Assembly (NCBI GenBank): GCA_043228905.1
Contig: JBHGNT010000005.1
Span: 1,674,001-1,738,000 of the forward strand
Source: Azolla caroliniana
Lineage: Eukaryota > Plantae > Polypodiophyta
DNA length: 64,000 bases
Direction of reading: 5' to 3'
The translations under genes and the position numbers were made by a program. The notes beneath the pieces are model-generated. The model did not search any database. It was given only the letters and a program-made list of their open reading frames with translations, and was not told the DNA's origin. Each line of letters begins with the position of its first letter. Position 1 is the stretch's first letter. Positions 11,686 through 22,619 of the stretch are shown here, one piece after another.

Positions 11686-13802
11686 TCTCGGTTTTCGGAA
11701 CCGAGGGAATCGCGGTTACGTTCGTGGTTCGGCCGTACCGTCAGAAACTGGACCGAATGGCGCCCGTCTTGGCTTTTGACCCTCGCGAAGGCCGACCCAT
11801 TGTCCAGCACTTTGGTCTCCATCCGCGCCGCCGTGATGTACGGCTCACCCAGTATGACCGGATGCGAAGACGTTTCCTGCACGAAGAAGTGCTGGTCGAT
11901 CTCGACGTCGCCGATCTTGACTCGCACATTCGGACAGGCCCCGTGCAGCTCCTCGGTGGCGCGCGTTGCCGCCCTTATTTTCCACCCGTGCTTGGTGTTG
12001 ATCGGCCATTTGCCCTTCTTATAGAAGTCCATGGACATCAAGTTGATCTCCGATCCGTGGTCCACCAAAGCTATCACCGGTTCCTGGACGTCGCCGATCT
12101 TCACCGGGGTCTCCGTGGTCGCTCGGGCCCAGTGTGGTCTCGAATAGTGGCTTTCTGCCCACTCGTCTCCCAGCGCCATGTCGTCCAGGTGCGTCGTCCG
12201 CACTTCCACCGGTCTTTCCGGTTCTGTCTCCGTCGACAGCCTCTTCCGTTTCACCAAGTCCACGATGGAGTCGTGGAACTCCTTCTTGGCGATTCCCAGC
12301 ACCTCTCGTAACGACAGCTCCACCTTGCTGTCGAGGATCCGTTCCTCCAGGACCTTCCGTAAGTCCGTGGTCCTTTCTATCTCCGTCCCCAGACGGTACC
12401 CGCCCTTCTGGGGTTTATCTTGTGTGCCGGCCCCGCCGGCTTCGTCCCGTCGTGGCCCGGACCGGGTCTCGTATCGTTGCGAGGGCCCGGTCGTCCCGGG
12501 TCTCCCCACCCGCTTCTCTTCTACCAGAGCCTCGTAGTTCTGGCAAGCGGCCTCCACGAAGCCCGTCCTTTCCTCGACCGGGTCGCTCCACCCGGTCATT
12601 TCCCGTACCCGTTTCTCCGCACGGTCCGATTCCTCCCCTTTTAGCCTCGCACCGGCAAGGCCTTCCAGCATCGTCGGCCAGAATCCGGCTCTGCTTTCCC
12701 TTCGGGCCTCGCCGCCCCCGACTCGAATGCCGGCCGCCGCCGAGTAGTGGACGGTTTCCGCGTGTCGGGCCGCCGCCTCTTCCATCAACCTTTTCATACC
12801 ACCTTTCCCGTCGTTTCGGCTCAGGGCCCTTCGGGTGTCGCTGGCATGCACCCGTCCTTCCCACAGGTACACCACCCTGTCCCTTAGCGCCTCCGCGAAG
12901 TCGCCGCAGTCCTTCCGAATGTGGCCGACTTCATCGCACCACATGCACCTGTTTCCAGCCGCCGGTCGTCGGTCACGAGCCGGTTCGCCTTCTTCCCTTC
13001 GGGCCTGCGCGATTTGGAGGTCCTTTATCGCCTTCGTCAATTCCTCCAGCGCCGCTCCTCCGGTTGAGCCTCTGACTACGCCGGTCGAAGCCGAACCGGT
13101 TTCCAACCACTCTCCGGTCTCTTCCTTTCGCACCCGTGGCGCTGGTGCGAACTTCCTTGCTGCGACCGAGCCCGACCCGGTTACCCCGTTATCCGCCCAT
13201 TCTCGCCGTTTGTCGAAACGGCCACAGACTTTCTTGACAGCTGCCCAGTCGGTAGTGAGCCCGTCTTCGGTTTCCAGCAAGAGGCCCACTCGCTCCCGAT
13301 CCCGCTCGTCGACCGACTTGACAAACAGCAAGACCCGGCTCGTGTCCAGGATGGTTCGGTCGAGCGCCGAAAGGCGCGCAAAGTTTTCCTCGAACTCCCG
13401 GAGGAGTGCCGAAGCGTTTCTTCCCTTCCCCGGGGACTCCACCCATTCCATGAACCTTCGCTTCGAAAGCCGGAGCGCGTCGTCCAGCCCGTATTTCTCT
13501 AGGAGCCGACCTTCGAATTCCTCCCAGGTACGGCTCTCCGCCCGCACCTCGAGCACCTCCGCATGGATGCCCGGTATTGCGACTCGGGGAAATCCGGCAA
13601 GACGCCTTTCTTCCGGAATGTCCCGCATCAACATTTCCGCACCGTAGGACGCCAGATACTTCGTGGCATCCCTCCCATCGAACCGGCCGATCGTGCCGAC
13701 GACCGCCTCAATAGCTCTGTCGAGGGCACCGGTGCCCTCGCGCGCGTTTACAATCCGATCCACGGCCGAAGCCATGGCCTCTGCAAGATCCGACCCCCTC
13801 AT
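11676..13802 (-). CDS. gag: Element A Gag-protease (708 aa from the first ATG after the PBS)
   Basis: CX2CX4HX4C knuckle CMWCDEVGHIRKDC. C-terminal retropepsin-like domain ALVDHGSEINLM...VILGEPY. Confidence 0.9.
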   Translation of the reverse strand: MRGSDLAEAMASAVDRIVNAREGTGALDRAIEAVVGTIGRFDGRDATKYLASYGAEMLMRDIPEERRLAGFPRVAIPGIHAEVLEVRAESRTWEEFEGRLLEKYGLDDALRLSKRRFMEWVESPGKGRNASALLREFEENFARLSALDRTILDTSRVLLFVKSVDERDRERVGLLLETEDGLTTDWAAVKKVCGRFDKRREWADNGVTGSGSVAARKFAPAPRVRKEETGEWLETGSASTGVVRGSTGGAALEELTKAIKDLQIAQARREEGEPARDRRPAAGNRCMWCDEVGHIRKDCGDFAEALRDRVVYLWEGRVHASDTRRALSRNDGKGGMKRLMEEAAARHAETVHYSAAAGIRVGGGEARRESRAGFWPTMLEGLAGARLKGEESDRAEKRVREMTGWSDPVEERTGFVEAACQNYEALVEEKRVGRPGTTGPSQRYETRSGPRRDEAGGAGTQDKPQKGGYRLGTEIERTTDLRKVLEERILDSKVELSLREVLGIAKKEFHDSIVDLVKRKRLSTETEPERPVEVRTTHLDDMALGDEWAESHYSRPHWARATTETPVKIGDVQEPVIALVDHGSEINLMSMDFYKKGKWPINTKHGWKIRAATRATEELHGACPNVRVKIGDVEIDQHFFVQETSSHPVILGEPYITAARMETKVLDNGSAFARVKSQDGRHSVQFLTVRPNHERNRDSLGSENREDF

Positions 13803-14252
13803 CTTCCGCTCTTCTGCCGCCTCTTTCACGTCGGGTTCACCAAAGATGTCGAGATATTGCGCAAGCGCGTGTGGAATCGAGGCGGGACCGCGGGGGTCTC
13901 GAACCAAAGAGCAAGCGAGGGAGGGGACAGAGAGAGAACCGGCTACGCAGGACCGGGGATACACAGGGACACGGCCCTTCAGCACGGAGAACGCGAACAG
14001 ACACCGACACAGACAGATGCGAACGACTAAATATGTATATTAACAAAATTGCTAACACGATTACAACCCTCGATGGGGCACAGGTTGGTTACAACTGAAC
14101 AGGCCGGCGAACAGATGCCGATGCCTGTTCGCTTCGACGCCAAACGGGGTAGCAGGTCGGAGGTGCTGCCGGAAGCACTCGGGCGATCCTCGAAACAGCG
14201 CGAGCCTCCCCGGAACCCTGCACAGCAGCTTTGGAGCTCGAGAAGGAAGGAA

Positions 14253-14287
<35 letters not shown>

Positions 14288-14650
14288 CGTCCAGAAACGG
14301 TCCGGCAGCACTTCGTCCTCTCCGCGCGAGATACCTGCAACAGCTCTTTCTTGCTCCTTATATAGGCCGACGAGCAGGCCGTCCTATCAGCTTTATTCCC
14401 TGTCCCTTTTGGACAGGGATCCGCTCCGTTTTTCACGCACCCGCGTTGTTACGCCGCCGACTCGTACAGTTCGCGCGCGCGACCGAAAAGACTGTTCGCG
14501 CGGTCTTTGTCTCCACTTGAGTTAGGGCCCGTTCCTGCCGATTACCCTCCTAATTCACTTTTATGTACTACTTGGAGCTTGCGTGCGTGAAGAACCGGTT
14601 CCCACGCCTAGGTGCGCCGATTCCGCCTATGGACGGTTTTCTTCAAGACA

Positions 14651-17600
14651 CCGGGTTCCCTCGACTGGCGATGCCGAGCATCCATGCGGAGGTGCTCGAG
14701 GTGCGGGCGGAGAGCCGTACTTGGGAGGAGTTCGAAGGCCGACTCCTACAAAAATACGGGCTGGACGACGCGCTCCGGCTTTCGAAACGGGACTTCATGG
14801 AATGGGTGGAGTCCCCCGGCAAGGGAAGAAACGCGTCGGCACTCCTCCGGGAGTTTGAGGAACGCTTTGCGCGCCTTTCCGCGCTTGACCGAACCGTTCT
14901 GGATACGAGCCGCGTCCTACTGTTCGTCAAGTCGGTGGACGAGCGGGACCGGGATCAAGTCGGCTCCTTGCTAGAAACCGAAGATGGGCTGACAACGGGG
15001 CGACCGGAGCGGGCTCTGTCACAGCAAAGAAGGCTTGAACCGGCACCACAAGGGCGAAGGGCAGAGACCCGGGAGTGGCTCGAAACCGGTTCGGCTTCGA
15101 CCGGCATGGTCAATGACTCGTCTGAAGGAGCAGCGCTGGAGGAGTTGACGCGGGCGATAAAGGATCTCCAGATCGCCCAGACTCGAAGGGAAGGCGGCGA
15201 ACCGGCTCGTGACCGACGGCCGGCAGCAGGGAACAGGTGCATGTGGTGCAACGAGGTCGGCCACATCCGGAAGGGCTGCGGCGATTTCGCAGAAGCGTTG
15301 AGGAACCGGGTGGTGTACCTGTGGGAAGGTCGGGTGCACGCCGGCGACACCAGAAGGGCCCTAAACCGAAACGACGGGCGAGGAGGTATGAAGAGACTAA
15401 TGGAAGAGGCAGCGGCCCGACACGTGGAGGCCATCCACTACTCGGCGTCGGCCGGCATTCGGGTCGGGGGCAGCGAGGCCCGAAAGGAGGACAAAGACGG
15501 ATTCTGGTCGGCAATGCTGGAAGGTCTCGCCAGCGCACGGCTAAGGAAAGATGAAACGGACCGCGTTGAGAGACGGGTCCGGGAAATAACCGGGTGGAGC
15601 GATCCGGTCGAGGAGAGGACAGGCTTCGTAAAAGCCGCCTGTCGGAACTACGAGGCTCTGGTAGAAGACAAACGAGTGGGGAAAGCCGGAGCGGTCGGGC
15701 CCTCACAACGATAGGAGACCCGATTCGGGCAACAACGGAACGAAGCCGGTGGGTCCAGCGCGCAAGATAACCCCAGGAAGAGCGGATACCGACTGGGGAC
15801 GGAAATAGAAAGGACCACGGACCTACGAAAGGTCCTAGAAGAACGAATCCTCGACAGCAAGGTGGAGTTGTCATTGCGGGAGGTGCTAGGGATCGCCAAG
15901 AAGGAGTTCCACGACTCCATTGTGGACTTGGTAAAACGGAAGACGCTGTCGACGGAGACGGAACCGAAAAGACCGGTGGAGGTGCGGACGACGCACATCG
16001 ACGACTTGGAGCTAGAAGATGAGTGGGCGGAGAGCCACTATTCGAGGCCGCACTGGGCCCGAGCGACCACGGAGACCCCGGTAAAGATCGGAGATGTTCA
16101 GGAACCGGTGGTGGCACTGGTGGACCACGGTTCGGAAATAAACCTGATGTCCATGGACTTCTACAAAAGGGGAAAATGGCCGATCAACACCAAGCACGGG
16201 TGGAAGATACGGGCGGCGACGCGCGCCACCGAGGAACTGCACGGGGCCTGCCCGAATGTGCGTGTCAAGATCGGCGACGTCGAGATTGACCAGCACTTCT
16301 TCGTGCAGGAGACGTCCTCGCATCCGGTCATATTAGGGGAACCATACATCACAGCGGCACGAATGGAGACCAAAGTGTTGGACAACGGTTCGGCCTACGC
16401 GAGGGTCAAGAGCCAGGACGGGCGCCATTCGGTCCAATTTCTGACGGTGCGGCCGAACCACGAGCGAAACCGTGAATCCCTCGGTGGCGAGAACCGAGAG
16501 GATTTTTAGAGAGGGCTGCCAAGGCGTGGGGCCGAGACAGTCCGGACACTCGGGAAAGACCCCACAGCTGTACGATAGAACCGAAACCGAAGAAACCTTG
16601 TAAGATAGGTAGAAAATTCTGATTCTCCAACAACGGAGGGTGTATGATAGTCGGCATCGTTGGCCGAGAAAGGGCAAGGGCGGAGGAGCGACTTCGAGCG
16701 TGCGGAGTTCTCGGCCCGGACGAGAAAATCAGCGGGGCTGTGGAGGCGGTCTCCTTCGACGACACCTTGGGGATGCTGAGGAAGGTAGCCGGAGAAGACC
16801 TTAGCGAAGACCGCACGATACCGGTATGTTCCGAAGAGATGTACGAAGTCATCGCGAACTTCAGTCAGGGGCTCCGGTCGGATCGGACAGCCCGAGTTAG
16901 CACGAAGTACAAAACTGTGGACCGGAAGGTAAGGCTAGTCGCGGCACCCTTACCGGAGGGCAGCGAGTCCCGAATCAGAGGGGTTGCGTCGGACCCCAGT
17001 TTACGAGATCCGGTCTGCATAGGACACACCTTCACCGACGGGACGCTCCGGGAGCTCAAAATCGGTGGGGGCGGGTTCCTACTGCCGGCGGAAGAACACC
17101 GGTTTCGAAGAATGCTCGGAAGGCACGGGAAAGCCTTCGCATTCTCACCATAAGAGATCGGGTGCGTAGACCCGACAATCGTGGAGCCGATGGTGATATT
17201 CACGGTACCACATGTGCCGTGGAATCTCAAGCCGATTCCAGTACCGAGAGCTCACATCCCGAAGTTGATGGAGCTATTGAGGCAGAAAGTCGATATGGGC
17301 ATTCTGGAACCGTCGAGTGCCCCGTACTCGAACCGATGGTTTACCGTACCAAAGAAAAACGGAACATTGCGCTTCATTCAAGACCTGCAGCCGGTCAACA
17401 GAGTGACCATTCAGAACGCAGGAATCGGACCGACCATAGACGAGTTCGCGGAGGCCTTCGCTGGAAGGTCGATTTACTCGGTCAGTGATCTGTACTCGGG
17501 GTACGACCAGTTCCAGCTAGCCGTGGAGAGCAGAGACATTACGACAATGCGAACCCCCCTCGGCCTAGTGCGAATGTGTACCCTGCCACAAGGAGGGACC

Positions 17601-19505
17601 AACTCGGTGGCCCACATGGTGAATGCAATGAACAAGGTACTGATGGATTGCATCCCAGACATCACCATGCCATTTCTAGACGACATTCCGATCAAGGGGT
17701 GCCCGGTGGAAGAGAAGGACGCAACACTCGGACCGGACGGATGCCGGCGATTCGTGGCAACACACATCGACGACTGCGAGAAGGTGCTACAAAGGCTAGA
17801 GGATGCGAGGCTCACCTTCTCCGGGGAGAAATCGGCCTTCGGGCAATCAGAAATCCTGGTGGTCGGACACCTATGTGGACCATATGGCCGGAAGCCGTCT
17901 CCGGCAAAGGTAGAAGCCATCTCCGCAATGAAGACCGACTGTAGCTCGGTTACGGAAGTTCGGAGGTTCCTGGGAGCATGCGCATTCTACCACATATGGA
18001 TCCCGCATTACGCCCACGTTGCAGAGCCGCTATACGGGTTGCTGAAGAAGGGGCGAAAATTCGAGTGGCGAGACGAGCACACGGAGTCGGTCCGGAAGCT
18101 GAAGGAAGCTCTTGCGGCAGCACCGGCGCTCCGGAAGGTTGTCTACGAGAAGGGTACCCCGGTATACATAACGGTGGATACGAGTCCGACCGGGATCGGA
18201 TGGGTCGTCAACCAAGAAGACGAGGACGGCATTCGGTTCCCGATCCGATTCGGCGCGAAGGTCCTCAGTGAGCGACAGCGAGGGTACGCCCAGGTTAAAC
18301 GCGAACTCTGGGTATCGTTTCGGCAGTAAAGGCCGACAAAGACTACCTGATCGGGACAGAAGTGATTATCGAGATGGATTGCCTGCCAATTCTCAGCATG
18401 GTTTCCGGATGCTAGACACCGTGGAACGTGGGCCACGTTCGAGAAGATAAAGGGGAAGTACTAGTGGTCGGGACTGTACCGGGACGTGCATCGGTTCGTG
18501 ACAACTTGCGAGAGCTATCAGATGCACTCCATAGTCCGGCATCGGGACGAGCTTCACCCTACGTACCCTCCGACCATCCACTTCAAATGGATGGTAGATC
18601 TGGTGACGATGTCGATGGGCGTAGGACAGATGCGGTATCTGGTCCTGGCTCGGGAAGATCTGACGAACCAGGTGGAAGGCCGAGCCCTTCAGAACAAAAC
18701 AACCGCGGTTGTATGTCGGTTCCTGATCGAGGACGTGATATGCCGGTACGGGTGCGTCGGGAAGATCGTGGCTGATCGCGGGGAGTTGGACGCCGAAGAA
18801 GTCGAGGAGTTGTTCGACCGGTTAGGAGTCAAGCTCTCGCTTACCACTGCGTACAATCCGGAGGCGAATGGAAAGGTGGAGCGCGGACACGGACCGATCG
18901 TCAAGGCATTAGTTCGGGCATGCGGAGGTCAAGTCGGGAACTGGCCGCGGCTGTTGCCTTACGCGTTGTGGGTTGACCGAACTACGCACAGTTCGGTAAC
19001 CGGATTCATGCCGGCAGAGCTCATGTTTGGGCAGAAGCCGGTCATGCCGATGGAACGTACGATCTCCTCATGGGCAACCATGGAACTGTTGGCGGCGCGC
19101 ATACGATAGCTCGAGCGAAGACCGGAGGACGTGGAGCAGGCTGCGGGAAAGCTTCGGGAAGCAAGGATGAGGAACAAAGCCCGGTTCGACCGAATGCACC
19201 GGCTCCGACCGAAGAAGATCGAGGAAGGCGACTGGGTGCTAGTCTACGACAGCAGCCTCGACAACCACCACCGAGCGACACGGAAGTTCGCAAGAAGGTG
19301 GTTCGGGCCTTACGTGGTACAAAGCGCCAACAACAACGGGACGTACCATCTGGCGGAACTCGACGGCACAAGAATGGCGATACCGGTAGCTGGGAAGCGG
19401 ATCAAAGCGTTCAAGAAGCGTCACGATGACGAGCCGGATCCGGATAACCTGGACCGGGACGACGAACGATCCGAAACCGAAGAAGAACCGACGGGCGGGG
19501 AATAA
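14651..19505 (+). pseudogene. Element C gag-pro and pol remnants
   Basis: Homologous to A. Stops at ~15712, ~16620, ~17150 and ~19107, a frameshift near 18310, and deletions near 14998, 18410 (end of RNase H to IN zinc finger) and 19080. Confidence 0.92.
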
Positions 19506-20231
19506 AGGTTGGACCGGTTTTCTCCGTCCCAACTCAATTTGGCGCATGCCGGTGGATGCGCGGTTAGGTGGGGGCGGATGTCGTGAAGAAAACCGTCCAC
19601 GAGCAGAATCGGTGCGCCGGAGCATAGGAACCGGCTCTTCATGCACATACGCCTTACGTTGTACATAAGAGAGAATTAGGGACGTGGAAGATCCTAGGTA
19701 GGTAGATTTGGTAGGTAGGAAGTTAATAGGAAACGGCTCCCTTCTTGCCTATAAAAAGGAGGGAGACGAGGAAGAGGGCGGGGATCGCGGAATCAGAGAG
19801 GACGAAGTGTTGTCGGGTTGTCGGTCGAAGGCTTCTCTCTCTTCCATACTCTCCGTAGCTTCTTTCTGTGCAGGTTTCGTGAGGCTCGCGCTGCTCTGAG
19901 GAATGCCCGAGTGCTTCCGGCAGCACCTCCAACCTACTCCTTCCTTTCTGAGCGTTTGCGAACAGGCATCGGCATCTGTTCGCCGGCCTGTTCGGTTGTA
20001 ACCGACTTCGTGCTTTTGTTGTTTGTCTCTGTTAATATATACTTACATACCGTTGTGCCTCTCTGTGTTGGTTTCCCCGCTCGCGTCTTCGTGTCGAAGG
20101 GTCGTGTCCCTGTGGATCTACGCTCGCACGTAGTGGGTCCCTTCCCTTCTCCTTTCCCTATTGCTCTTCGGTACAAGACCCCCGAGGTCCCGCCTCATTC
20201 CACGCATCCGCGAGGAGTACCTCGACACCGG

Positions 20232-21038
20232 TGTGTGTAAGGTCGCGGCACCACCGCTTATCTCCTCCTCACTCGATGTTTCGGGCCTCCATGCCCGAAC
20301 TCCCTCATGTCCACTCGAACCGGCGATCGCCGCCTCACCGTCCCCGACCTCGTCCTCGGTCGATCTTTCTCCGTATGTCGAGAGGCTGGCTCGCTCCGCA
20401 CCCTCTCCCGTGGTACCGATGTACCATTCTCTTTCGGCCTCCTCATCCTCCGATCCGCTCGGCCCCGACTCCGCAATAAGCCCTTCTTCGGCTTCGATTT
20501 GTGCATGTACGATCTCGTACGCTTCCCGCACCAAGGCTTCGATGTCGAGCTCCTCCGAACCGATTTGCGTTGAGCTCTCTTCCGGCGGTAGTGCGTAGTC
20601 GGTTGCCGCTCTCTCTTCTCCGCCGCTCGCGGGCCGCGTTGTGGCCGACTGCCTCTCATCGCATTGTATGCATGCCCATTCCACCTCGTTCCAATCTTCG
20701 GTGAGGCCATACGCCCCTTCATCGTTTTCGAGGTAGGGAAAAATGGCCATTCTCCCCCTTTCGTTGACCGACTTCAAGAATAGTGGGACCTTGTCCGCCC
20801 CCACCGATTCTTGATCCCGGACCGAAAGTTGGGAAAACCGGAGATCGAACTCCCGGAATGCCTTCATTGCGCTTCGAGGAGCCTTTGCCGACGACACCCA
20901 TAGATCGAAGTCGCGTCGATCGTACTTGTACGCCTCTTCCCGTCTTTCTCTCCTTCTTGCGAACTCCCTTGCCATTCTCGTAATTACTTCCGCAATGTCT
21001 CCGTCTTCCATCTCCTTCCTCCCTTGCCGCCTCTTCAC
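20232..21038 (-). pseudogene. 5' part of the element B frame: divergent Gag N-terminal domain plus acidic region
   Basis: RRDFDLWVSS..AFREFDLRFSQLS..DKVPLFLKSVNERGR..GLTEDWNEVEWAC aligns by eye with A Gag KRRFMEWVES..LLREFEENFARLS..SRVLLFVKSVDERDR..GLTTDWAAVKKVC. Confidence 0.8.
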
Positions 21039-21780
21039 GTCGGGTTCACCAAATATGTTGCGTTGCTACGCGCGTGCGTGCGTGGCGAAGGGCGGGACCA
21101 CGGGGGTCTTGGACTAAGGAGTAGAGGAGAAGGAATCGGACATGGAATGGAAGCTTGGCTCAAGAAGAAGAAGAATGAACAAGAGATTAGATCGAACAAG
21201 AGGAAGATGGGAGACAAGATGATCAACAAGATGTATTAAAACGAAATGAACGATTACAAAATGGTGGCCGCATAGGCCGCACCAAACGACTACTCGAAAC
21301 CCTAACCGACGAAAATGAAGATAAAGATAAAGAAACCCTAATCCTAACCCTAACGCTCGACCTATGTGGTATACCTCGCACACTCAAAATAGGCAACCCC
21401 CACAATGGTGCCTTCCCTCTCCTTTTATAGCACAAGGAGGGAAGACCGTTTACAAAAGTGAGACTAAAATATCCCCTTTCATTCAAAGGGGATATTTGCC
21501 TTGATTTGGGGAGGGTGAGATTGATGGCCCCTTAACTCCCACCTCCACACAAACAACTAGGTACCTATGTACCGCATAGTACCTCTCTCTCTCTCGCGCG
21601 TGGATGTGCGCACAAGACCACATCACCTTTATACCTTAGGGATCTTATGGGGCATTTCTAGCACCATACACTTTACCCTTATTACTATTACAAATACATT
21701 ATGTACGTGTGCAACGTTGCACATCGCTCTTTGGCTCTCGTTGCTCGGGTTTCCGCTTGTGGACGAAAATCTTCACGACG

Positions 21781-22619
21781 CCGTCAAATAACGCGTGAGA
21801 TGCATCTGAATTACCAACCGCACTTGATTTATAAAACCCTGAAAATGTGCTCTTGATCCATCGAATTTAGCTAGGAGGCTGATTTTGGGCTCCTTAAGAA
21901 CTCCTTGACTGTCGACTTTTAGTTGTTGTAAAGCTACTATTGCCGACTCTAGTTGTTGAACCCTTCGTGTAAACTCGTTGTGTATTTGTTGCTTCTCTAC
22001 TGAAACCTTCTGTAGGTCTTCAAGCAATCGTTGATTCTCCAACTCTAGTGATGTAAACTTGCTTTTGAGATTTTCCATTTCTACAACAAGGGCGAAGTAT
22101 TCTTGTGGGTTGCCAGCAACCATGGGTACTTACTAGTGTTTGTGGAAGAGGCTAGACAAGAAGAAGGAATTCGAATCAAACTGTCAGAACCAAGAGAGAA
22201 GGTAAAGTGATAGAAGAAAGATATAAAGAGATCACAAGAAGAGGAATGAAATGATAAGAGAAGAATAAATGTATTAAAGTAGAATAAGAATGGATACAAT
22301 ATAGGTGATGAGAGCTTAAGACTAGTGTTGATTCGAATTGGTTTTGAGAAAAATTGTAAGTCCATATTTATAGGTTCCTATAGAATAACCTAGTGATTTC
22401 TATAATGTTCTAGAATGTTCTAGATCTAGAATATTCTAAGATGTTCTAGGATATTCTAGAATGTTCTAGAACATTTACAATATCAGTCTATTACAAGAAG
22501 TAGCTTTTATTATTTTATATAATCATATGTTATCTTAATGGTTAGGTTCTTGATTATGTATTACAAGGTATTGGGTTCAAGCCCAAGTGAAGCCACATAA
22601 TGTTCACGAATTCATGACA
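21781..22619 (-). mobile_element. Element E: 5' LTR (22182-22619), self-priming PBS and gag N-terminus of a Tcn1-like gypsy
   Basis: LTR TGTCA...TGACA with TCTAGA repeats and TATAAATA. Gag MVAGNPQ...EPKISLLAKFDGSRAHFQGFINQVRLVIQMH. PBS 22168-22179 is complementary to LTR 22328-22339. Confidence 0.8.

Larger units (their letters stand above)
7320..14650 (-). mobile_element. Element A: apparently intact young Ty3/gypsy (3' LTR 7320-8125, 5' LTR 13847-14650)
   Basis: LTRs differ by ~3 substitutions and one GA unit. TSD CCGG at 7316-7319 and 14651-14654. tRNA-Trp PBS at 13825-13842. Two uninterrupted ORFs. Removing A restores C gag (KRLAGFPRLAMP). Confidence 0.95.
6460..20227 (+). mobile_element. 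Element C: full-length but dead Ty3/gypsy (LTRs 6460-7108 and 19579-20227); hosts A
   Basis: 649-bp LTR pair with ~13 mismatches. TSD CCGG at 6456-6459 and 20228-20231. PBS TGGTGAACCCGACGTGAA at 7112-7129. PPT just before 19579. Confidence 0.93.
3370..21780 (-). mobile_element. Element B: non-autonomous LTR retrotransposon (3' LTR 3370-4090, 5' LTR 21056-21780); hosts C and A
   Basis: LTR pair about 99% identical. TSD CCGT at 3366-3369 and 21781-21784. tRNA-Trp PBS at 21034-21051. G-rich PPT next to 4090. Own interior is 4091-6459 plus 20232-21055, with no RT, RNase H or IN motifs. Confidence 0.9.

Noticed and set aside
13825-13842. tRNA-Trp-like sequence (also 2327, 7112, 21034)
   Set aside because: Only the 3' 18 nt including CCA, next to LTRs. 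These are primer-binding sites, not tRNA genes.
13803-13985. Gag ORF apparently starting inside the LTR (769 aa in the track)
   Set aside because: Non-ATG start upstream of the PBS. The first ATG after the PBS (13802) is conserved in C and D.
4011-20722. Many long overlapping or antisense ORFs (e.g. 4124-5212 +, 10970-11779 +, 12134-13075 +, 15110-16117 -)
   Set aside because: Shadow ORFs of GC-rich retroelement coding strands, with no motifs.
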